DNA of 45,313 bases from contig NC_068987.1 in assembly GCF_001194135.2 (NCBI RefSeq), positions 94,513,831 through 94,559,143 on the forward strand, read 5' to 3'. Positions 35,563 through 45,313 of this stretch are shown here, one piece after another (position 1 is the first letter of the stretch; the number at the start of each line of letters is the position of its first letter). The translations under genes were made by a program, and so were the position numbers. The stretch is from Octopus bimaculoides (Eukaryota). A model generated the notes under the pieces. The model was not told where the DNA came from and made no database searches. It saw only the letters and a list, made by a program, of their open reading frames with translations.

Positions 35563-37274
35563 CTGATATTGCTCTGCCGTTCACTCATACTCGATTAGTT
35601 TCAAATTTTTATAGCGACAGTCATTTTATCATTGTCATTTATCCAGTAGAATAATACAAAACAATCACAGATAACATTTATTTAATTTGCTATTCTATTT
35701 ATTTAAATCACCATCAACAACAACAATTGCTATCGTAAAAGGAGAACGGACACACGGGGATTATAACTTATATTTTGAAACATTTGTATTTTTTAGATAC
35801 TGTCCAACAACTATTTTGATTTGCAGAATGTTATCTCCTTTTTTCATCCAGTTTGTACAACAGACAGCATTTTTGTATTACATAACTCACACACAGTCAC
35901 ATATAAAACATAAACACTTGTACACAATTCTTTTTACCTCTTTCCCTCTCCGCTCTCTCTCTCCCTCTTTCTTTCTCTCTCACTCTCTCGCTCGCTTTTT
36001 TAATTCCATTCTTGCTCGGTTATCCATCGTGTCCGATAATGACTTCTGCTACTGGTTGTGTCCTTTGGTGGCTATACAACCCGATGCGGGACGTTCATTG
36101 TCTGCCACTGAAAAGGCACGTGAAAAACCAATCCGATCTCTTCACACAGGAATTCACTCACTCATCCACACACACACACACACGCACACACAATTTGCAG
36201 TTTTAGCATTGTTTGACGTAAAATTCATTGGTTTTATTACTCCTTTTGATCGACCGCTTAGTATTCAGATATGAATTGTCATTCGCGCGCGCGTATGGGG
36301 GTGTATGTATGTATGTATGTATGTGTGTGTGTGTGTGTGTGGGTTTGTGTGTGTGTGTGATGTAAAATTTATTTTACTCTTATTTCACCGCTACGATGTT
36401 ACAGCAAAGCGTGTAACAAGTGATCTTCATCAGAGAAGCTGAGCAGATACACAAAATCTTATATATGCTGAAGCTTAACGATTTTACGCATCGTTGGATC
36501 AATATCGCGACCATTTTGTGAGAATATAAATAAATCTCATGATATGCTCTGTTTTTAACTCTGTGTTCTTGTTTGTGAAGTACAATGATCATGAGATCAG
36601 AACCTATTCTCATACTGTATGCTCGCGTGTGTACATAGAATGAAAGAGGGTTCCAATCTTAATAATCCACAAAATAAGAACTAATTAGGTAAGATAGACA
36701 GAATGTCATATAACTAGATTTATATTCTTATAAAATGGTCAAAATGTTTCAGTAATGCGTATAATCGCTGAGCTTTATCATATAAGAAGGACATAGCGGA
36801 TAATTGCTTAGCTCTTCTAATATAGATTTCCTTGTTTCATGCTTTTTGATATCCGTGGGGCAGCTGATGATGGAGGTATGTTGGATTGTTGGTATGGTTC
36901 TTATTGTATGTGCGGAATAGTTTTATAACACATCCATTTCACACACACACACACCCCTGTGTGTGTGTGTAATGAATAAACTTTCAAATTTACTAAAACC
37001 ATCATCAATTCATACTCGTTCTACATTTTCATGTTTGCATGTCTTTCTCTCGATAATATGCATTTTATGTGTCATAAATTTTAACGATATCTCTGTATTT
37101 ATTAGCTTCTTATTCCCCCTTTCACCCCTCCACCGACCCACCCACATACATACTCTCTCTCTCTCATCTGAGAATTACTGTCATTGTATTTCAGTGCGAT
37201 GATGTTTATTAACAGATTAATTATATCGAGGTAAGGAGCAAATAATTACCGATATGCTTAAACAAAACTCATAA

Positions 37275-37324
<50 letters not shown>

Positions 37325-38318
37325 AAGAGAGAGTGTGTGTTTCTATAAATCATGTTGCTTTGTCGTTGCTTAAAGAGCTTGCGGTGAATATTTCTGATGC
37401 ATTTGTTTTCTTTTTTTTTCTTTCTGTTTGTTTTCTCCACTGAATATTTTACATTCTTTATGCGCGTATATACACACATTTGTGATATGTCGCATTATTG
37501 TCAAACCATGGTCGGTGCATGTAACAGAGAAATAAATATACGAATTAGTGATAATTATGTAGAGGGCTTTGTGGCCAAAGGACCGATCGTTGCTCTTTAG
37601 ATTTGCAGCACCTATGTTATACAACTTTTATTGTCCCCTATTTGTCAATCGTTGGTTTTCCGATTAAAGAATTTACATGTCCCGCCATCTTACATCTTCA
37701 TATTTGAGAATATTTCTGAAAGAAATTAATGGACGTTTACTATCAGAAATTTGGCGCTAGAAAACCTAACGAGAAAAAGCGAGTCTTCAGAGTCAGGACA
37801 TTGCTCATAACGATGCACTTTGGATGAGAAATAATCAAAGTTAAACGGCAACAATTATGTTTGCAATTTTAGTGAATTGTCAAGAGATACAAGAAAACGT
37901 TACAAGCAAATTTTGAACCATTTCGCATCAAATATATGCGAAATAGCCGGGTGGATATGGCATCGGATTACCAGCGCATCGATACTGAGTCTAATTCCAC
38001 TGCAAGTGTTTCATTGTATACTTGGACGGCAGGTATATTGCATCAGTTGTTCCTGTTGGCAGGAGTAGCATGCAGATTATAAGAACGTTGTCCGAGGTCT
38101 CCATGGAGGTATCTCTGATACATCATGATTCTGGGGCTAAATACTAGTTCTTAAAATGACTGTTGCATTCTGAGAGACCTTCAAATTTAGAACTACAATG
38201 AATATTTTACACTCATTACAAGTTAAAATGTCTACAAAAATATTATAATAGACTTTTCTAGTCCAATATGAAAAAGGATTAACAAATGAAGATATGCTTT
38301 TGAGAAAAAGCATATTTA

Positions 38319-38380
<62 letters not shown>

Positions 38381-39003
38381 TATCGCGTATTCCCCCACTT
38401 AAGGACTACACTTGTTATTATTGCTATTCATTTCTTGCTTGTTTTCCATTTATTAGTTTTATTTTTTTTAAGGTTTGTTGTTAGTTAAAGAGCTATTTTG
38501 TTTTACTTAATGTGATTTGATGTATTGTTTGTTGTCTTGAAGCAATGGTTCTTTAGTCTCTACACATTTATCTGCAACAGAAGTGGTTAATTCATTATAT
38601 ATTTTTATAACTCCATCTCCTTCTGCACCTCTCAATGCGTAGACATTCTTAACTGCAAATTAAATTTAACTGAATGTCTTTGGGTCTTTGAAAATTGAAT
38701 GTGTCTTTCAAATTTAGCTAGTTCGTCAGTATGTTTTACTTCCATAAACTTTATTTTTTTTTTTTACTATCACTCAGTTTAGTCTTTCTCTTCTATTATC
38801 ACTTATCCTTTCTAATTATTTCCCGACCTTTTCTTTTTCTATCTTAATGCGTTTTCCGTTGTCTATGTGTTTCGTTCTCTTCATATAGAACCCTCTGTAG
38901 TTTTCACATTTTTTGTTCTCTCTTTCTCTTCTAACTCCATTTTCAACTTCCATGTCTCTCATTTCTCTATCGCTCTTTTTTCACACGCGTGCGCATACAC
39001 ACG

Positions 39004-39034
<31 letters not shown>

Positions 39035-39394
39035 GCGCACACAAACGCGCACACGCACACTCTCCGTTCTTCATTATCTTTACTTTCATGTTACCCACAT
39101 CTTAAGGTTTTTATTTATTACTCTCTCTCTCTCTCTCTCTCTCTGACCGTTTCCCGCTTCTCTCCCACTTTTGTCTTATTCCTCCCTCTTTCAATCTCCA
39201 TTATCTCTGTCTTGTTCTTTTGTCTCCCGCCTTCTCTTTCTTTTCATATTCTGGTTTTCATTTCTCCATTACTTTCCCTCTTTCTCTCTTACTTTCCTAT
39301 CTATTTAATATAATTTTACTCGTCTTGTTCACGCACAGAAATACGCAGTTTTCTTCCTCCCTTCTTTTGAAACGTTTTGTTGATTAAGACAGTG

Positions 39395-39430
<36 letters not shown>

Positions 39431-39849
39431 CTGTCAACCTTTTCAACAAACTCACATACATAATATTCATAAATTTTCTCTGTATCACCTACCTCATGTC
39501 TCTCTCACCGCCAAGTCCTATCACTTTCTATTCTGATTTACTGATGTCTCAACGAGTGAATGTGAGGCGCCATATGAATTAAATGCCTTGGCAGGATTTC
39601 TTTCTTAATAATAAATACCTCATACTTGAACAGTGAGATCATATCACAGCACAGGCAGCGGGTTTGTTCCTCGCGGTTGATGTTATTAGATTTGACATTT
39701 TTGTCATTTCTAAAACTAGAACCACAGCTATATCTAATCATAAATTATTCTTGACCGAGTAAATTGTCACTCCAGCCTCTCCAAGTGCAGGTTAAAGTTA
39801 ATTATCTCTCACTTGTTGCAAAAATTGTTTTGTGTCTTGTCCCAAAGAA

Positions 39850-39930
39850 ATTACGCCAGCCTCATGAGACAACACATTTTTCGGTATTTGGTTGCACCCC
39901 TTTTATGTTCCAGTTCAAATCTCGGCGTCC
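39850..39930 (+). mobile_element. Very decayed SINE family B head
   Basis: cggtatttggttgcacc...atgttccagttcaaatctcggcg resembles the family-B B-box region. Confidence 0.3.
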
Positions 39931-40444
39931 TTCTGGGTCCTATGCAATGTGCCACTCAGCCGGCATAATTGTGTGTTTTTGTAACTATATTAAAATTTTC
40001 CATTAGCAGTGAATAGCAGAATTAGTAGCGCACCTGTTAAAATGTTTTGCGATAATTCGTTAAGTCCCTTCACTTTCTGTATCGCAATCGCATTATGATG
40101 TGTTTTGTCATTCGTCCTTCTGGTGTCTGTGAAATAAGTATCAGTCAAATATTGGATTCGATACAATTAATTATGTAATAATCGGGGAATATTAAAGTGT
40201 CAATATTGAAGTGTGTGTGTTTGCGTTGGTAAAAATTTTTTTAAAAAATGCTTTTCTGCCCCGAATTTCTTAACCGCGATTTTCCTGTTAATCGCTGATT
40301 GACTGATAGACGCGCAAAAGCAACAAAGAAACTCAGAAAAAGAAAAACCACCGGCACAATGGACATAACTTGTAGGTTTGAACTTGAATCAACGGCACCT
40401 ACGTATAATCTCTCAATCTGAATGAGACGAATATCTTGACATGC

Positions 40445-40476
<32 letters not shown>

Positions 40477-40616
40477 TGTGAGTGTGTGTGTGTGTGCGTG
40501 TGAGTGTCTATACACACACACACACTCACATTTACAAAATGTTTCACTTGATCATTTTTTTTTTACTTTCGCCTTTATCATCCTAACATTCATGTATATA
40601 AAATAATCTCCTTTTG

Positions 40617-40651
<35 letters not shown>

Positions 40652-43302
40652 CTGAAAGAGTAATGTGTATTCTATAATGCAGCCATTTAGTAAACGATAC
40701 GTGGATCGAGACACGCTATTAGGGTTTGTCGTTGTTTGACGGTAATAAATTGGATTTTACGTAGCTATTCAGTTTCATAACAGTCTGTATTCAGCTTTTT
40801 CTTACATTTCTTTATCCAGTTAGCTTTCAATCTGCCTTGTCTGATCGATCGAGTCATTGTGTGTTTGTGTATTTGTATAGATCACTCTAGCTGTCTGTCT
40901 TATCTATAACTCTATCCACCTAAAAAAAAAAAAAAAAACCTATTTCATTCACAAGAGGGATTCGCCACATACTGGCTCGACATATTAAAAATTGCATCTG
41001 AATCTGCTGCAGACCGCGTAGTCCACTGTACTTGGAAAAAAGATGGGATAGTCAGGGTTAGAGCGTCTATGAACATAGTCTGCTCTACCAGGCTCGACAT
41101 TGACTTGGATAACTTTGTCCAAGTACAGCAACGATCAACTCTTCCCTTTGTTTCTCTTTCTTTGGGTACATAAATGTGGTATGTATTCCGTATCTCCCTA
41201 TCTATGTCAATTCGTATATGCCTAATTCTTTAGCTAATTTTTCTCTCGACATACTCACACATCTCTCTCCTTCCCTCTCTCCCACTCTCTCTCTCCCTCA
41301 CACACACACACACCCAAACACACACACCCAAACACACACACACACAATTCGATCGATATGTCTAACAATCTATTAAACTTTATCCGACATTTTGTTTCCG
41401 ATGTTGCCTTCTCATCTATTTCTCGATCACATCATCTTAATTTATCTGCCGCATACATTTTTTTTTTTCATTAATTCATTCAATAAATTCGTATTTAGCC
41501 TTATCATCATCATCATCATCATCATCTCTCTGCCTTTCGAAAGTATTTGCTGTCCCAACACAACATTGTCGTATCTAACAGTTTCCCTCCAACATCAATT
41601 CTTTTCTGACATCTGGCAATGTATACAAATTTGTTTTGCTTTTCTTTCACTTTTATGCTTGTTTGTCTTTTAATTTATTGCCCTCTTTTCCTCCATTGCT
41701 CTCTAAATCTCTTTTTCGCTCCTTTCATGTATCTTTACGTGTGTTTGTATGTGAATGTGTTCGTATACACACACGCACATACACACATACCACGTTTATT
41801 TACACACAACATCCTCTGTCTGTCTGTCTGTCTCTGTCTCTCTCTCTCCACGCATGTGCCATTCTCTTGTTTTTCACTCTGCATTGCATTGTCGATGCAC
41901 ATTCGTATGTGTCTGAATATGCGTGCGCATGTGTATGCGTGTGTGGAGTGGGAAGCGAATGGTTTCTAGTGTTTGATGGGAAATACGCGTAGTAATTTAG
42001 CGCCAAACTTTCTCTTCATGTGCCGTCCCTCTTGTCCAACACTCAAACCACCACTAGCACTTAACAATGAGCAAAGGCTCTGCATACGAAAAAGACGACG
42101 ATGGCGGTGATTTTTATGTGAGATCGTGCGAAGGAAATAGAGTTTGTGAGTGGAAGAGTGGCGAAAGTGATGAAATAAAATTATCTTTTGATGAGTAATG
42201 ATGTAAAGAAAATAATATGGGTAGGAATGCGGTTATGTCGTATGGTGATGAGGGTAGTGGTGGTGTTCATGATGATTAAGTTGGTAGGAAAGGGAAATAT
42301 CGATAGATTTTAGATACGCCAGTTTCTGACGGCTGTGACGCTGGAAACAATGTTGTTCTTCTTTAGCTCCTTACACACACATATATCAGATTAAAGGCAT
42401 TCCAGTCGTGACCATCCTATATACCACGCTCCAATATGTCTTTTATTTGAGGCAGCAGGAAGAGATTTGAGGAAGTTTTGACCGCTATGTCTAGTTGGTG
42501 GAAGCTTCCTTGTTGATTCGAGTGAATTTTATGTTGATGTTGATTTAGGTGATCGGTAAATAGTGCTGGCTGGAAATTCGATGATGTTTATAGAGCTGTG
42601 AAGTCGGCGGTAATGAATTTAGTAGTGGTCGTCGTTTTTGTGGTAATGATCGTAAGGATGCGGGGTAGTGTCAGTCAGTTCTGTTGGATATTGATGATTG
42701 GACGTTGTAGCAATTCTGTGGTTGTGGAAATAACGGTAGTGGTGGTTGGTGGAGGTGGTATTTGATGTGCTGATAGCGAAAGGATGGTGTTAGTTGTGGC
42801 GATGATGATCGTTTCAGAAGTGTCAGTGGTTATATTGGTAGAACGTTTTCTTGGATTAAACGGAAAAATAAGAGACTCGACACCGATAGATAATAGTCAG
42901 GCAGACGGACTGGCGGGCAGAATAGCACAGTCGTACGGACAGATCATTTGATGGGTGGACAGAGTAAGAAGCAGAGAAACAGGACAGAGCAAACGGACAG
43001 ACAGCACGTTTGAGATACGATAGTCAGTGTGGGATAAAATGCATAACATGGAAAGTGGGTGATTACGATTAAACGAAGGAGGATTGTCAAAATGAGAAAT
43101 GATGGCAGTAACGAGGGGCGGATAATAGAATAGAGAATTTTACTGAAAGAGAAAAACAAGTGAACTCACACAATACCGTTAAGAAAATGGGATAACAACG
43201 TGATAGACAGAAGAGTTTGATAAATAGATGGATTGGGTGTGAGAGATAGTTAGAAAATGTGGGGATAGATTGAAGAATAAAAGAGGACACAGGCTGCTAG
43301 AC

Positions 43303-43313
<11 letters not shown>

Positions 43314-43345
<32 letters not shown>
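43314..43345. repeat. (CAG)n trinucleotide repeat
   Basis: Direct reading. No supported coding frame around it. Confidence 0.9.
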
Positions 43346-43346
<1 letters not shown>

Positions 43347-43507
43347 CTTTCAGACATTCTAAACTGCGATGAAAGAGAAAATTATTCACGGGGGTAGATC
43401 ATAGATACTTACTTGTCAGTGTCTTGACATTGCAAAGAATTTTGCTACTTGTGCGTGCAATAGTTATATGCTTGCATACATGTCTGCTGTATGTGTATGC
43501 ATTGCAC

Positions 43508-43558
<51 letters not shown>

Positions 43559-43951
43559 ATCAAGCATGAAGCTCATAGCAGAGACGGTGAGACCCCCCCC
43601 CCATCTGCCAGTAAACGAATAAATTCTATATACGTATTGAAGTATTATTGCCCACTACTTTCAATTACAAACTGTCTTATGTGTGTAGGCTCGCGTATCA
43701 ACACGCACGTATGAGAATATATGGGGGGGATTAATTTCGGATTAAACGAAGACTTACATATTTTGAATTGAAATAAATAGAGATGCAGGCACAAATAATA
43801 CATAAAGAGATGAAAATTAAAAGCGAAATCAGTGCCAGGATCCACTTTTCATTGACTGCCATTTCACTAATTCCCAAATTAAGACTTAAGGAAAATATAA
43901 ACGCTCTTTCTGCACATACGTCATACAAGTGCAGTTAAGAACATAATATGC

Positions 43952-44290
43952 AAGGCTGTGTGTTAAGTAGCTTGCTTACCAATCACATGGTTCTGGGTTC
44001 AGTCCTACTGCGTGGCACCTTGGGCAAGTGTTTTCTGCTATAGCCTCGTGCCGACCAAAGCCGTGTGACAGGATGTGGTCAACGGAAACTGAAAGAAGTC
44101 CGTGACACACACACGCACACATGTTTGTGTGTCTGTGTTTGCNNNNNNNNNNNNNNNNNNNNNNNNNNNNNNNNNNNNNNNNNNNNNNNNNNNNNNNNNN
44201 NNNNNNNNNNNNNNNNNNNNNNNNNNNNNNNNNNNGACTTTAAGGCGGTGCTCCAGCATGGTCGCAGCCAACTGACTGAAACAAATAGAA
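43952..44290 (+). mobile_element. Full-length SINE family A spanning an N-gap
   Basis: ggctgtgtgttaagtagcttgcttacc...gggttcagtcctactgcgtggcaccttgggcaagtg...ggaaactgaaagaagtccg, then a gap, then aaggcggtgctccagcatggtcgcagccaactgactgaaac. Confidence 0.88.
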
Positions 44291-44653
44291 CGGAAAGCCG
44301 AAGAAATTTATTCTTTGCGATGAAAATAACAGAAGACGAAGAAACAAAAACAAAATAAGTTTAATTTTTTTCGTTAGTCTAAATGTTTTAACAGATCTCA
44401 ACATTTCTCATGTTTTCTCTCATCTGATCATGACTATAGTATTGCTGCTTGTAACAGACAGAAACACACACACACACACACACACGCACGCACGCACGCA
44501 CACGCACACGCACGCACGCACACACACACACACACACACGAATGTTCATCGTCTAAATACCTTCAGTCTTTGTCTCTCTATTTATTTACATGTATATATG
44601 TACGTATATTTTATATATCTAGCCCAAGTGGTTTTACTTGTTTATTTGCATCT

Positions 44654-44656
<3 letters not shown>

Positions 44657-44708
<52 letters not shown>
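44657..44708. repeat. (TATC)n microsatellite
   Basis: Direct reading. Confidence 0.95.
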
Positions 44709-45313
44709 ACCATCCGCCCGCTCGTCCGTCCTCCCGCCTGTCGATTTCTTCTCTTTCTCTGAACTTTTCCGTTTCTCCTTTCCGACGAAACATTAAACTC
44801 TCTTTCTTTTCACCGGGCGTCAAGCTAATATACTTCTTGTACACGTCCTCACGTTGTCGTTTTCTATCCATTTATTTGAATTGACTATATATATATATAT
44901 GTATATCCCAGAAACTGAACAAGAACGTGACAGACTACTATAAAAACATAAGGACAGATAGACGATACAAAGACGGACAGGAAAACCAGGACGGAACATT
45001 CGTGGCTTTCTATTCTTCAGTCAAGCTTCCAATCATCATTACAGTTTCGGCCTGTTACACTTGAGACTGTTCAAAATTGGTAGGCCCCCAAAACCTAAGC
45101 TAAGGGCATTAAATTTTGGGAAGAAAGCGAGAAAATCTGTGCGACAACACGGACCAAAAAAGTCACGAAACGGAGAAAATGTTACACGATTACAAATACA
45201 ACCAACAAGAATAACAACAGGTGTCTTTCGACTAAAAGGACAAGTTAAGTTAGGTTGGCGTGTGAAGTGGAAGCCTTACGGCAACAGACATAGATGAAAC
45301 TCAGGAGACATGG

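Noticed and set aside
35687-36274. 195-aa ORF, the longest gap-free one in the track
   Set aside because: Alternative start codon, low-complexity F/S/L/HT stretches from (CT)n and (CA)n, no recognisable domain.
43290-43370. (CAG)n as a polyglutamine exon
   Set aside because: A stop lies immediately upstream in the Gln frame and another shortly after; no splice support.
45061-45297. 78-aa basic ORF at the window end
   Set aside because: TTG start, no recognised domain, and only vague similarity to LINE RT ('TRITTGVFR').

Overview
Eukaryotic, AT-rich, non-coding window, extremely rich in microsatellites, with nine N-gaps that mostly sit in or beside simple repeats. The SINE families and repeat texture suggest an octopus (coleoid cephalopod) scaffold; this is an inference from recognised sequence, not a database result. 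No intact protein-coding gene can be supported. Nearly all ORFs in the track are microsatellite or gap artefacts, and the rest are dead transposon fragments. Supported content: (1) a full-length but inactivated Tc1 element with both TIRs, carrying a nested hAT-type MITE with an 8-bp TSD whose removal restores the transposase frame; (2) three more MITEs with 72-bp, 15-bp and 12-bp TIRs; (3) fragments of CR1-like, RTE, HERO-like and probably R4-like non-LTR retrotransposons; (4) many copies of two tRNA-derived SINE families. Best leads: a ~280-bp direct repeat whose end folds as a degenerate minimal type-I hammerhead ribozyme (Penelope/retrozyme-like); a 3' stem-loop tail shared by the CR1-like LINE and the dominant SINE, suggesting a LINE-SINE partner pair; and a pre-miRNA-sized hairpin. 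A few possible host exons are flagged at low confidence. No new multi-gene system is demonstrable from the sequence alone.
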